From: Chitinophagaceae bacterium
GTDB lineage: Bacteria; Bacteroidota; Bacteroidia; Chitinophagales; Chitinophagaceae
Reading direction: 5' to 3'
Assembly: GCA_043778255.1 (NCBI GenBank)
Contig: JAYWGN010000054.1
Span: 73,613 to 137,612 of the forward strand
DNA length: 64,000 nucleotides
A program made the position numbers and the translations under genes. The notes beneath the pieces are model-generated. The model did not search any database. It was given only the letters and a program-made list of their open reading frames with translations, and was not told the DNA's origin. Of the stretch, positions 29,803 through 39,802 are shown piece by piece; positions within the stretch are counted from its first letter, which is position 1, and every line of letters starts with the position of its first letter.

Positions 29803-30444
29803 ATGAAAAAAATAATAGTAAGTATAATGGCCCTAATAAGCCTATATACCCTACAAGCACAAGCTATAGAAACCAAAGCAACTTACAACAAAGTAGAGCA
29901 GCCTGCCGTACTTGCAGAGTATATATATGATGCAGCTATTGTAGAAACAGCCATAACCGACGACCTAAAGCAACGTGGCTTTGGTAAAGGCAAAAGTACT
30001 AAAGGCTACAACCTGTACCAAGCTATAAACTTTGCCGAAATAAGTGCCGATAAAATAGACCTTTACATAAAAACAGAAAAGAAAAGTAAAAAAGAAAAAG
30101 ACCGTACTATTGTAACCGTGCTAGTAAGCAAAGGGTACGATAACTTTGTAAGCGGTACTACCGAACCTGCAATGATGACGGCAATATTGAATTATGTAAA
30201 TGGGCTAAAGCCAAAATTTGATACTAATAGCCTTGAGTTGCAAGTAAAAGACCAAGAGGAATTAGTAAAAAAAGCGGAAAAAAAGTACAATAACTTAACT
30301 GACGAAGGAGTAGATTTGGAAAAGAAAAAACGTAAAGTAGAAGATGATATTGCTACAAACAAGAACGACCAATCGGCACAAAAAAACGAAGTAGAAAAAC
30401 AAAGACAAATATTAGCTAGCCTCAAAGCACAAAGAAAGGGTTAG
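29803..30444 (+). CDS. Hypothetical secreted protein with Lys/Glu-rich coiled-coil C-terminus
   Basis: 213 aa; signal peptide MKKIIVSIMALISLYTLQAQA. Confidence 0.45.
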   Translation: MKKIIVSIMALISLYTLQAQAIETKATYNKVEQPAVLAEYIYDAAIVETAITDDLKQRGFGKGKSTKGYNLYQAINFAEISADKIDLYIKTEKKSKKEKDRTIVTVLVSKGYDNFVSGTTEPAMMTAILNYVNGLKPKFDTNSLELQVKDQEELVKKAEKKYNNLTDEGVDLEKKKRKVEDDIATNKNDQSAQKNEVEKQRQILASLKAQRKG

Positions 30445-30488
30445 GCTAAATTTCGATTCCCAAAAAATCGTTTTTAATTATACAATAA

Positions 30489-30535
30489 AAGTGTTAACCA
30501 TTACAGTAATGTGGTTAACACTTTTTTATTTTTTG
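30489..30535 (+). terminator. Rho-independent terminator (gtgttaacca-ttacagtaat-gtggttaacac + T-run)
   Basis: 11-bp perfect stem followed by ttttttattttttg, 45 nt after the stop at 30444. Confidence 0.7.
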
Positions 30536-31042
30536 TAACTCTACCACTCATCACACATACTTTACCTCTGGTGAAAGGTTTGTTACCAGTGGTAGCAATT
30601 TACTTGCTTAGGGCTTACTATTACTAGTATATTTGCACTACTTTAAAGCAATTAGTTACAACTTAAAATAGCCATTGCCTTATTATTACAATGAACAAAT
30701 TATGTGAAGAGGAACTGAAATTCCTATTTTGGATTACGCCACCACGGCAACTTACAGCATTACACACTTAACAATTTAATACTTGCTACGCCTTTGGCAC
30801 TTGCCCCACAATGCTTTGTAGCTTAATGGCTGCCAGATTGTAGTGGAAATCATTTTACTTTTTTTTTGGTTAAAGATTGCTATAAAAAAAGCAACAAAAA
30901 AAAGTAAAATATTGAAACGAAAAGCTGGAACTAAAGGTGCAAAATGGTATAATGCTAACAGCCCCCAATTGTATTAAAAAAAAATTACCTTTCGTGTAAT
31001 TTTAAAATATATACTTAACAATAAAAACAAACAACAAACACA

Positions 31043-32959
31043 ATGGATGCACAACAATTATTAACCCAATATTGGTGGGTTTTACTCGTACTAATTTGCT
31101 TAGTACTATACAAATTTATACTACGAGTTTTTTTTGGAATGGTAATAGTACCAGAAAATAGAGTAGGTCTGGTTACCAAAAAATTTGTACTATTTGGTGC
31201 CAACAAAGCATTGCCCGATGGGCGAATTATTGCTACAAAGGGTGAGGCTGGTTTTCAGGCCAAAGCCTTAGCACCAGGGCTTTACTGGGGTATGTGGCCC
31301 TGGCAATACGGGGTAGATATGAAAGCCTTTACCATAATACCCGAAGGTAAAATTGGCTTAATATTAAGCAACGATGGTGCCGAAATACCAACTGGTGCTA
31401 TACTTGCCCGTAAGGTAGATAGCGACAACTTTCAGGACACCCAAAAGTTTTTGGATAATGGTGGGCAAAAAGGACGACAAACGGCTTATATTACTGCTGG
31501 TACTTACCGTATTAACACTTATGCTTTTACTGTAAATGTAACCGATATGATTATAATACACGAAAATATGGTAGGTATTGTAACCACCCTCGATGGCCAC
31601 CCAATAGAAAGTGGGCAAATAGCTGGTAAGTACATTAATGCACATAATAATTTTCAAGATTTTGATACCTTTTTGAAAAACGATGGTAACCGTGGTTTGC
31701 AGCCAACAATTGTACTGGCTGGTAGTTACAACATTAACCCATGGGCTGTACAAATAGAAGAAGTACCTATGACCGATGTACCAATTGGATACGTTGGTGT
31801 GGTAATTAGCTATATTGGCGAAGATGGTAAAGACCTTACTGGCGACACATTTAAGCATGGCAACATTGTAAGCAAAGGCAGTAGGGGTGTATGGATGGAG
31901 CCTTATGGACCGGGTAAATATCCATTTAACAAATACATAATGAAAGTGGAATTAGTACCTACCACCAACCTTGTATTAAACTGGGCAAATGCTCGTAGCG
32001 AAAGCCATCAATTAGATAAAAACTTATCGACCATAACGGTGAGGAGTAGAGATGGTTTTCCATTTAACCTCGATGTGAGCCAAATAATACATATACCTGC
32101 AAACGAAGCCCCAAAGGTTATTGCACGGTTTGGTAGTATGAATAACTTGGTAAGCCAAGTGCTTGAACCTACCATTGGTAACTACTTTAGAAACTCAGCA
32201 CAGGATAGTGATGTAATTAGTTTTTTGAGTACACGAAAGGAGCGCCAAAGTAGTGCAAAAGAGCATATAAGAGCCGTGCTTGATGAGTATAATGTAAATG
32301 CGGTAGATACCCTAATTGGTGATATAGTACCACCCGAAGCCTTAATGAAAACCCTTACTGACAGGAAGATAGCGGAGGAAGAACAAAAAACTTACCAAAC
32401 CCAAAAAATGGCACAGGAGCAACGCCAAGGTATGGAAAAAGAAACAGCCATTGCCGATATGCAAAAGGAAATTGTAAAGGCACAACAAAGTGTAGAAATA
32501 GCCCAACGTACTGCCGATGCTACCGTAAAAAAAGCAGAGGGTGATGCTACTAGTTTGAAACTTAATGTAAATGCCGAAGCTGAAGCAACCAAAGCTAGAG
32601 CAAATGCCGAAGCTGAAGCTACCAAAGCTAGAGCTGGTGCACAAGCCGAAGCCACCAAACTTAATGCTAGTGCCGATGCGGAGCAAATTAGCAAAACTGG
32701 TTTGGCCGAAGCCGAAAAAATAATGGCCATAGGTAAAAGCACAGCCGAGGCTTACGAATTGCAAGTAAAAGCTATGGGTGGCGATAACTTTACCAAATTT
32801 AAAGTAACAGAAGAAATAGGTAAAAACAAGATAAAAATAATACCTGAAATACTTATAAATGGGAATGGTGGCACCGATGGTGGCCTTAACGGATTAATGG
32901 GTATGCAATTATTAGAAATGATAAAAACTAGTAATGCAACAAAACCAAGTGTAGAATAA
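31043..32959 (+). CDS. Flotillin-family SPFH/band-7 protein
   Basis: 638 aa. N-terminal TM. SPFH domain. C-terminal Ala/Glu-rich repeats (NAEAEATKARANAEAEATKARAGAQAEATK) characteristic of flotillins. Confidence 0.8.
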   Translation: MDAQQLLTQYWWVLLVLICLVLYKFILRVFFGMVIVPENRVGLVTKKFVLFGANKALPDGRIIATKGEAGFQAKALAPGLYWGMWPWQYGVDMKAFTIIPEGKIGLILSNDGAEIPTGAILARKVDSDNFQDTQKFLDNGGQKGRQTAYITAGTYRINTYAFTVNVTDMIIIHENMVGIVTTLDGHPIESGQIAGKYINAHNNFQDFDTFLKNDGNRGLQPTIVLAGSYNINPWAVQIEEVPMTDVPIGYVGVVISYIGEDGKDLTGDTFKHGNIVSKGSRGVWMEPYGPGKYPFNKYIMKVELVPTTNLVLNWANARSESHQLDKNLSTITVRSRDGFPFNLDVSQIIHIPANEAPKVIARFGSMNNLVSQVLEPTIGNYFRNSAQDSDVISFLSTRKERQSSAKEHIRAVLDEYNVNAVDTLIGDIVPPEALMKTLTDRKIAEEEQKTYQTQKMAQEQRQGMEKETAIADMQKEIVKAQQSVEIAQRTADATVKKAEGDATSLKLNVNAEAEATKARANAEAEATKARAGAQAEATKLNASADAEQISKTGLAEAEKIMAIGKSTAEAYELQVKAMGGDNFTKFKVTEEIGKNKIKIIPEILINGNGGTDGGLNGLMGMQLLEMIKTSNATKPSVE

Positions 32960-33100
32960 TAATTTTTATTTTTTAATAAAGTAAAAGCAGTTGCCGAGTT
33001 GATTGGTAGCTGCTTTTTTGTTAGTTTACCCTATTTTTACCCTATAAATAGTAAAGTAGCATCTTATTTTGCTTAATTTCAACAGATTTCAAATATTTAG

Positions 33101-33131
33101 GGTAGTATATTTTGCCAATTAAAACTTAAAT
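33101..33131 (+). promoter_or_regulatory. Candidate Bacteroidetes sigma-A promoter for rpsL (-33 TTTG ... -7 TACTTTTG)
   Basis: TTTG at 33101-33104 and a TAnnTTTG match at 33124-33131, 19-bp spacing, ~33 nt upstream of the rpsL start codon. Confidence 0.4.
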
Positions 33132-33164
33132 GCTACTTTTGCAATCCAAATTTTAAAAGGTACC

Positions 33165-33545
33165 ATGCCTACAATACAACAATTAGTAAGAAAAGGAAGA
33201 ACGATTATTAGAGCAAAAAGCAAGTCAAGAGCCTTGGATGCTTGTCCCTTCCGCAGAGGAGTATGTACAAGAGTATATACCACTACCCCCAAAAAACCAA
33301 ACTCGGCTTTACGTAAAGTAGCTAAAGTAAGGTTAACCAACAAAATAGAAGTAATTGCTTACATACCCGGAGAAGGGCATAACCTGCAGGAGCACTCTAT
33401 AGTATTGGTACGTGGCGGTAGGGTTAAAGATTTGCCAGGTGTACGTTACCATATAGTACGTGGTAGCTTAGATACTGCAGGTGTAAAAGACCGTAAGCAA
33501 AGCCGTAGCAAATATGGTACTAAAAGAGTAAAAGCTAAAAAATAA
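33165..33545 (+). CDS. rpsL: 30S ribosomal protein S12
   Basis: 126 aa; [12 protein letters not shown]...[10 protein letters not shown]...[14 protein letters not shown]. Confidence 0.97.
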   Translation: MPTIQQLVRKGRTIIRAKSKSRALDACPFRRGVCTRVYTTTPKKPNSALRKVAKVRLTNKIEVIAYIPGEGHNLQEHSIVLVRGGRVKDLPGVRYHIVRGSLDTAGVKDRKQSRSKYGTKRVKAKK

Positions 33546-33644
33546 GTTTAGCTGACATATAAGTAATTTGGTTATAGCTGAGTAAAGTTTATTTAATCTT
33601 GAAAAGTACAGCCTATAACTAACTATAAAAATTAAAAAAATACA

Positions 33645-34112
33645 ATGAGAAAACAACAAGCCAAAAAGTTGCCCTTATCGCCAGACCCTCGGTATAATGA
33701 TAAGTTGGTAACACGATTTGTAAACAATGTAATGTGGCAAGGTAAAAAAAGTATAGCCTACACCATATTTTACGATGCAATTGATAAAGTAAGTAAAGTA
33801 ACCAGCGAAGATGGATACGAAGTATGGAAAAGAGCTTTACAAAACGTAACACCAGCCGTAGAAGTAAGAAGTAGAAGAATAGGTGGTGCTACATTTCAAA
33901 TACCAAGTGAAGTACGTAACGACCGTAAGGTATCGTTAAGTATTAAATGGATGGTAAGGTTTGCTAGAGACAGGAACGGTAAAACAATGGCCGATAAATT
34001 AAGTGCAGAAATAGTAGCAGCTAGCAAAGGTGAAGGCGGTGCATTTAAAAAGAAAGAAGATACACACAAAATGGCTGAGGCAAATAAAGCTTTTGCTCAC
34101 TTTAAAGTATAA
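33645..34112 (+). CDS. rpsG: 30S ribosomal protein S7
   Basis: 155 aa; canonical S7 sequence (PDPRYNDKLVTRFVNNVM..., RSRRIGGATFQIP). Confidence 0.97.
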   Translation: MRKQQAKKLPLSPDPRYNDKLVTRFVNNVMWQGKKSIAYTIFYDAIDKVSKVTSEDGYEVWKRALQNVTPAVEVRSRRIGGATFQIPSEVRNDRKVSLSIKWMVRFARDRNGKTMADKLSAEIVAASKGEGGAFKKKEDTHKMAEANKAFAHFKV

Positions 34113-34146
34113 TACCAAGCATTTATACATAAAAAATTATAAAAAA

Positions 34147-34181
34147 AGTCCTGCAACAAAAATTTGCAGGACTTTTTTTTT
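34147..34181 (+). terminator. Rho-independent terminator after rpsG (agtcctgcaa-caaaaa-tttgcaggact + T9)
   Basis: 10-bp perfect stem followed by a run of nine T; lies inside the spurious 5' extension of ORF 34030-35118. Confidence 0.8.
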
Positions 34182-34236
34182 GTTAACTTGCTTTATACCT
34201 TTTTTTAGTTACTTAAATAATTGTTACAATATAGTA

Positions 34237-35118
34237 ATGCCTTTGCACAAAACTGAACATATACCTTGCCCCAATTGCACTGCCACAGCTTATACAGTAC
34301 AACACAAAGTGCAACAATGGCAAATAGTGCAGTGTAAACACTGCAAGTTTACCTACACCAACCCAAGGCTTACTAACAGTGCTATTATAGCTTTGTACCA
34401 ATCTAATTATTTTGCTAATCAGCAATTTGGGTATAGCAATTATAATGAAAATCCTCATCTAAAAAAATTGAATTTTAAGAAATGGATAACCGATGCTTTG
34501 CCTCATTGCAATAGAACCCATAACCTTACTGCACTTGATGTAGGCTGTGCAGCTGGCTATGCTTTGGAGGAGTATAAAAACCTACAAATACAAGCCGATG
34601 GATTGGATATGGATGAGCAATATATATATAACCTTACACAACAAGGCTACACTATATATACCAAACCGCTATTGCAAAATGTGTATAATAAGCAGTACCA
34701 TATAATTTCATTATTTGATGTAGTAGAGCACTTAACCGATGTACATTTGCACTTTGCAAAACTGCAACAACTATTAGTAACGGGTGGTATTGTTATAATT
34801 GTAACACCTAATTACAACAGTACCCAACGGCGTTTATTGGGTAGTAAATGGTTTCAGTTTAAGCCTATTGAGCACATTAATTATTTCACAAAAAAAAGCC
34901 TTAAAAGCCTTGCTAGTAGGCATGGTTTGCAAATGTTAGTATGCAATACAAGTGGACAATTTGCCGATGTTAACTTTATAAATAACCGATTGCAAAAGTA
35001 TAATTTTGGCTTCGCCAAAATACTAACTACACCAATTATAGCCGTATTAAAAATGCTAAAAAAACCACTCTATTTGGATAGTGCAAGTATATATTGTGTA
35101 TTTAGAAAAAAAGGGTAA
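34237..35118 (+). CDS. Class I SAM-dependent methyltransferase with N-terminal Cys4 zinc ribbon
   Basis: Start moved to ATG 34237 (MPLHKTEHIPCPNCTA...CKHCKF). Methyltransferase motif I LDVGCAAGYAL and later VVEHL. Confidence 0.6.
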   Translation: MPLHKTEHIPCPNCTATAYTVQHKVQQWQIVQCKHCKFTYTNPRLTNSAIIALYQSNYFANQQFGYSNYNENPHLKKLNFKKWITDALPHCNRTHNLTALDVGCAAGYALEEYKNLQIQADGLDMDEQYIYNLTQQGYTIYTKPLLQNVYNKQYHIISLFDVVEHLTDVHLHFAKLQQLLVTGGIVIIVTPNYNSTQRRLLGSKWFQFKPIEHINYFTKKSLKSLASRHGLQMLVCNTSGQFADVNFINNRLQKYNFGFAKILTTPIIAVLKMLKKPLYLDSASIYCVFRKKG

Positions 35119-35134
35119 TTTGGAATTTGTAGCA

Positions 35135-36649
35135 ATGAAAAAACAAACTATTTATATTATTATATCCTTTGCGGTTGTTAAGCTAATCCTTCATTTACTT
35201 GCCGATTCACACTCTGGTTTTCAAGGCGATGAATTGTTACATATTGATACTGGAAATCACTTAGCATTTGGCTATATGGAGTTTCCGCCGTTAATAGGGC
35301 TAATAGCTTACATGCAAAATTTGGTAAGTACTACAAGTGTGTATTGGCATCATATAAGTGTGCATATAGCAAGTATTATTATATTGGTATACGTTGCTAA
35401 AATAGTAGTAGCAATTGGTGGAGGCAATAGAGCTGTATTTGTAGCATTACTTTGTATAATAATTGCTCCAGGGTTTGGTAGGTCACAACAATTATTTCAG
35501 CCTGTGGTATTTAGCCAATTAGTATGGGTATTAAGTTTTTATCAGTTTTTATTATTTGTACAATATTGTAAAAAAAGAAACTTGCAATATTTAACCATAT
35601 TAGTGATATTGGGGTTTAGTACTAAGTACGACTTTTTCTTTTTTGCTGTTGGGCTCACAACTTTGTTGTATTATAAACCTACCAGAACAGCCATGCAAAC
35701 TTACAAATGGGGGCAGATAGTATTGGTAGTATTATTTGCTTTGTTGCCCAATATTATATGGCAAGTGTACCATAATTATCCTGCTTTGCAAATGGCTACA
35801 AGACTATATGATACACAGTTAAATAAAATTACCAGAGTAAAAAATATTACAAATTTAGTACTTTCAGTAAATCCTTTATTGCTTATTATAATAATGGCAG
35901 CGGTTATGTTTTTTTGTAGTAAAATGCAGCTACGGTACAAACCAATTGGCTATGCAATATTAATTTCCTTTTTAGTTTTACTGTGTACCAATGGTAAATC
36001 GTATTACTATTTTCCTATTGTATTAACGCTAATACCCTTTGGTAGTGTAAGGTTGGAGCATTTTTTTGCGAAGCAAAAAACTTATAAATTTGTGTTGTTT
36101 TCAGTTTTATTATTTGTTGGAGTATTACTTATTCCATTTGGTATGCCTGTATACAGTTTTGCTGAATATAAAAACTTAATACAAAAATATGAAACTAAAA
36201 ATGTAGCAGGAGGTACAATAGTAATAAAATATGATGAATACTATGCTAACCACAAATGGGATAGTACAATGCAATTAGTAAAGGCAGTATATGATAGTTT
36301 GCCCAATGCCGAAAAACAACAGTGTTTAATTTGGGGTAAACATTATGCACAGGTTGGTGCAGTTAATTTTTATAAAAGTAAGTATAGTACACCACCAGCA
36401 TTTTCGCTACATGGTAGTAATTATAATTGGTTGCCTATGGGTAATATGCCAAGTACAGTTATTGGTGTAAGTTATAGAGTCGGTAAGTTTTTTGAGCAAT
36501 ATTTTAAACAAGTACAAATCGTAAAACAATTGTACAACCCATACTCCGATAATGAAGAAGAACTCTACCAGTACATTTATGTGTGCAAACAACCCCTACA
36601 AACATTTGATGAATTAAAAGTAAAATTTAGGAGTAGAGTGTTTGAATAA
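35135..36649 (+). CDS. ArnT/PMT-like glycosyltransferase (GT39/GT83 family) integral membrane protein
   Basis: Start at internal Met 35135 (MKKQTIYIIISFAVV). First extracytoplasmic loop carries the GDELLH acidic motif typical of GT-C mannosyl/arabinosyl transferases. More than 10 TM helices. Confidence 0.55.
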   Translation: MKKQTIYIIISFAVVKLILHLLADSHSGFQGDELLHIDTGNHLAFGYMEFPPLIGLIAYMQNLVSTTSVYWHHISVHIASIIILVYVAKIVVAIGGGNRAVFVALLCIIIAPGFGRSQQLFQPVVFSQLVWVLSFYQFLLFVQYCKKRNLQYLTILVILGFSTKYDFFFFAVGLTTLLYYKPTRTAMQTYKWGQIVLVVLFALLPNIIWQVYHNYPALQMATRLYDTQLNKITRVKNITNLVLSVNPLLLIIIMAAVMFFCSKMQLRYKPIGYAILISFLVLLCTNGKSYYYFPIVLTLIPFGSVRLEHFFAKQKTYKFVLFSVLLFVGVLLIPFGMPVYSFAEYKNLIQKYETKNVAGGTIVIKYDEYYANHKWDSTMQLVKAVYDSLPNAEKQQCLIWGKHYAQVGAVNFYKSKYSTPPAFSLHGSNYNWLPMGNMPSTVIGVSYRVGKFFEQYFKQVQIVKQLYNPYSDNEEELYQYIYVCKQPLQTFDELKVKFRSRVFE

Positions 36650-36657
36650 TTAGGGTG

Positions 36658-37797
36658 TTACAAATTTTCGCTGCGGTACATTTTGCGAAGCACTAATAAA
36701 ACTAAAAATAATAAAAAAGGAAATAAGCAAAGGAAAAAACGGTTATGATAATCATCGCATTGCATGGCTACACTTGCCGCAAATAGTAATATTGTACTAA
36801 TTATAAATACCACTAAACTTTTGTGTAACTGCCTATACCAAAGCCTTACACCATATATAAGTAGTACATATAAGGGTAGTATTATAGTTAATAATATGGC
36901 ATTGTGTAGGGTGGAGTAGTAGGTACGTATAGGTACAAAAAATAAATATAAACGTTGGGCTGCAAGCCCTGTAAAATGGGTAAAATTGTGTGTAATGTAA
37001 TAAGCCAATACTTTAAGTTGACTACTAACGGCAATGGTATCCAAATTTTTATTTTCTATATTAGTGGGTATATCGCATATTAAATTTTCTTCAATAAAGG
37101 ATCGTTGTACCGTCCAATCGTTAGTAGTGGTAAGTACTACTTGGCTCACCGTATAAAAAAATAGTATGCCTACAATACTGGCAATGGCTAAGCCAAATCT
37201 CTGCAACTTATTGGCACGTAACCACAAAAATAAAAGTAACGGTAATAGCAATAATATACCTAACGGACGGCTGAATAAAATTAGTATAACTATGGTAGTT
37301 AATTGGCTAATATACTTTGCTGTAAAGCTTTTGTAGCTAAGCAAATGAGCAAATAAAAGTAACAATAAACTATAAAATATATTTTCGGTATAGAGGTACA
37401 TTGTCCAGCTTTGGAATGGCGAAAACGATACTAAACTTATACAAAATACTACGGCAAATAATGAGGATTGTGTGTAATAAATTAAAGCTTTGTATAGCTT
37501 TACATAACAGTATAAATTAAAAGCTAATAATGCTACTATTGCAAATGCTAGGTTGATGCCTAATACCTTGCAACCTGCTATTAACAATATTGTAGTACTG
37601 TAAAACAAATAGCGACCTGCCGAAAAGCTGTGGTGGCTTATATAATAGTTGGCCTCAGTTATATATTTTTGTGCCTCAAGTGTATAGTTAAACCCAAAAA
37701 ACAAATACAATAAACCGGTTGTTATACACCAAGCAGCTACTACTATTGTTGTACCTTTTTGGTTACAAGTATTTTTTATTTTATCAATTAAAGTCAT
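36658..37797 (-). CDS. Hypothetical polytopic membrane protein (possibly GT-C/O-antigen-polymerase-like)
   Basis: 379 aa; about 10 TM helices; adjacent to and convergent with the ArnT-like gene. Confidence 0.4.
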   Translation of the reverse strand: MTLIDKIKNTCNQKGTTIVVAAWCITTGLLYLFFGFNYTLEAQKYITEANYYISHHSFSAGRYLFYSTTILLIAGCKVLGINLAFAIVALLAFNLYCYVKLYKALIYYTQSSLFAVVFCISLVSFSPFQSWTMYLYTENIFYSLLLLLFAHLLSYKSFTAKYISQLTTIVILILFSRPLGILLLLPLLLFLWLRANKLQRFGLAIASIVGILFFYTVSQVVLTTTNDWTVQRSFIEENLICDIPTNIENKNLDTIAVSSQLKVLAYYITHNFTHFTGLAAQRLYLFFVPIRTYYSTLHNAILLTIILPLYVLLIYGVRLWYRQLHKSLVVFIISTILLFAASVAMQCDDYHNRFFLCLFPFLLFLVLLVLRKMYRSENL

Positions 37798-37805
37798 ACT
37801 ACTGT

Positions 37806-38393
37806 TTATACAATTTCATTGCGTCGGGCTATGTATTTGCCTATCATATCAAATTCCAAATTTACTACTGTACCTACCTCTATGGTGTGCATATTGGTAT
37901 GTTGGTAAGTGTAGGGTATAATAGCTACCGTAAACACATTTACCCCAATGTTAAATATAGTTAAACTAATACCATTAATTGCAATTGAACCTTTTTCAAT
38001 AATATTAGTGGCAAATATACCATCAAACTGAAAGGTATATTCCCAACTACCTTGCTTGTTAAGTACAAGAGTGCATGTACCTGTGGTATCAATATGGCCA
38101 CTAACAAAATGCCCATCAAACCTGCCATTGGCTTGTACACAACGTTCCAAATTAACACTAGTACCTTGTTGCCAAGTACCGAGGTTAGTTTTTTGAAGTG
38201 TTTCGTATATAGCCGTTACGGTATGTATATTATTAGTAATACTTTCTACTGTGAGGCAAGTGCCATTGTGGCTCACACTTTGGTCAATTTTAAGCTCCGT
38301 TGCCATTGTGCTTTCTATTTCAAAGGTTTTGTTAGTGCCATTTTCAAGTACATTTTTCACTATACCTACGGTTTCTATTATGCCTGTAAACAT
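37806..38393 (-). CDS. ribE: Riboflavin synthase alpha chain
   Basis: 195 aa; MFTGIIE...GTCLTV and an internal duplication of the lumazine-binding domain. Confidence 0.85.
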   Translation of the reverse strand: MFTGIIETVGIVKNVLENGTNKTFEIESTMATELKIDQSVSHNGTCLTVESITNNIHTVTAIYETLQKTNLGTWQQGTSVNLERCVQANGRFDGHFVSGHIDTTGTCTLVLNKQGSWEYTFQFDGIFATNIIEKGSIAINGISLTIFNIGVNVFTVAIIPYTYQHTNMHTIEVGTVVNLEFDMIGKYIARRNEIV

Positions 38394-38471
38394 TTTTATG
38401 TTTTTTATTTTATTATTAATTAGAAAAAACCTAATTTTGCAGTCCCAAATATAAACAAGGGATTTACATTT

Positions 38472-38666
38472 ATGTTAATTATTGATTCAAAAGATTGCGA
38501 AAATATAGACAAAGCATTAAAAAAGTACAAAAAGAAATTTGAGAAGTCTAAAACTTTGTTGCAATTAAGAGAAAGGCAATGCTTTATTAAGCCATCAATT
38601 GTACGACGTACACAAGTGCTTAAAGCAATATACAAGCAAAAATTACAGGACGGAACATTAGGATAA
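38472..38666 (+). CDS. rpsU: 30S ribosomal protein S21
   Basis: 64 aa, basic; ...NIDKALKKYKKKFEKS...LRERQCFIKPS..RR matches the S21 pattern; a TAATTTTG -7-like box sits at 38432-38439. Confidence 0.75.
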   Translation: MLIIDSKDCENIDKALKKYKKKFEKSKTLLQLRERQCFIKPSIVRRTQVLKAIYKQKLQDGTLG

Positions 38667-38736
38667 GTTCAATTTCCTCAATTAATATTTTTTTATAAAA
38701 AAAATAGCTACAAGTTTACTAACTTAGTAGCATTTT

Positions 38737-39642
38737 TTGTGTATGGCTATACCTAATACTTATTATAATGAGTTTGTAATGTACCTTACTACCGAAAGGC
38801 GGTACAGCCACCATACTATAAGAGCTTATAGCGACGATATAACTCAGTTTTTCGACTTTATGGAACTTACTTATGGTATGCTACCAATAACGGAAATAAA
38901 GGCTAGTTTAATACGTAGCTGGCTAAGTACACTAAAGGAACAGCAAAATACTGCCAAAACTATAAACAGAAAAATATCGACCTTAAAAACATACTTTAAG
39001 TACTTACAAATTAAGCAAATAATAGTAACCTCACCGTTGCAACATATTATAAGCCCCAAAATTAGTAAGCGGTTACCCCAATTTGTGGCCGAAGCTGATA
39101 TAAAAACATTACTGCAAGAGGTGGAATTTGCCCCTGAATTTGAAGGGCAATTACACCGAGTAATACTCTACATTTTTTATTATACAGGTATGCGGCTAAG
39201 CGAATTGCAACAACTACAACTTACCAATATTGACTTGCAGAGCAATACCCTTAAAGTATTGGGCAAAGGCAATAAAGAACGACTGTTGCCTATACAACAA
39301 GCATTGCAAAATGCCCTTACAAATTATACCCTACAACGAGCCACACTGCCAATTATAATTGATACAAACTATTTGTTACTTACCATAAATGGTAAAAAAT
39401 TGTATGCCAAATATATATACAATGTGGTAACCCAATACCTAAGCAAAGTAACTACTATAAGTAAAAAAAGCCCACATATACTACGCCATACATTTGCCAC
39501 ACACCTTACAAGTAATGGAGCCGAACTTAATGCAGTAAAGGAGTTGCTAGGGCATAGCAGCCTTGCCGCTACACAAATATATACACATAACAATATTGAA
39601 AGGCTTAAAAACATTCATAAAAAAGCCCACCCCAAAGCATAG
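38737..39642 (+). CDS. xerC: Tyrosine site-specific recombinase XerC/XerD-like
   Basis: 301 aa; catalytic region RHTFATHL...GHSSLAATQIYTH (R..H-x-x-R...Y); the rpsU-xerC linkage is a conserved Bacteroidetes arrangement. Confidence 0.8.
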   Translation: MCMAIPNTYYNEFVMYLTTERRYSHHTIRAYSDDITQFFDFMELTYGMLPITEIKASLIRSWLSTLKEQQNTAKTINRKISTLKTYFKYLQIKQIIVTSPLQHIISPKISKRLPQFVAEADIKTLLQEVEFAPEFEGQLHRVILYIFYYTGMRLSELQQLQLTNIDLQSNTLKVLGKGNKERLLPIQQALQNALTNYTLQRATLPIIIDTNYLLLTINGKKLYAKYIYNVVTQYLSKVTTISKKSPHILRHTFATHLTSNGAELNAVKELLGHSSLAATQIYTHNNIERLKNIHKKAHPKA

Positions 39643-39802
39643 GGGATAGGTATATATTTATTTGACATATCTATAGTTAAGTAATTACACCGAGTTTATA
39701 TTTTTTTGGAATATTTAATATTAGTTCACTTAAATTACATTAATTTGAGTGAATGTTAATTATAAAGTTCTAAGTTTGTAACTTCGCTAAAATTTTTAGT
39801 TT

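Noticed and set aside
30445-30470. tRNA-like T-loop sequence (tttcgattccc) right after the stop at 30444
   Set aside because: No acceptor stem, D-arm or anticodon arm can be formed; it immediately abuts a CDS end.
32342-32764. Minus-strand ORFs (140 and 116 aa) inside the flotillin gene
   Set aside because: Artefacts of the Ala/Glu-rich repeat region read on the opposite strand (Ser/Ala/Cys/Phe-rich, repetitive).
34030-34236. 5' extension of the methyltransferase ORF (ORF track start 34030)
   Set aside because: The extension overlaps the end of rpsG and contains the rho-independent terminator at 34147-34181. The internal ATG at 34237 precedes the zinc-ribbon motif and is the plausible start.
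38737-39642. xerC-like recombinase as the integrase of a mobile element carrying the R-M system
   Set aside because: rpsU-xerC adjacency is a conserved chromosomal arrangement in Bacteroidetes and the protein is XerC/D-like rather than phage-integrase-like. It is noted only as a possible insertion hotspot.
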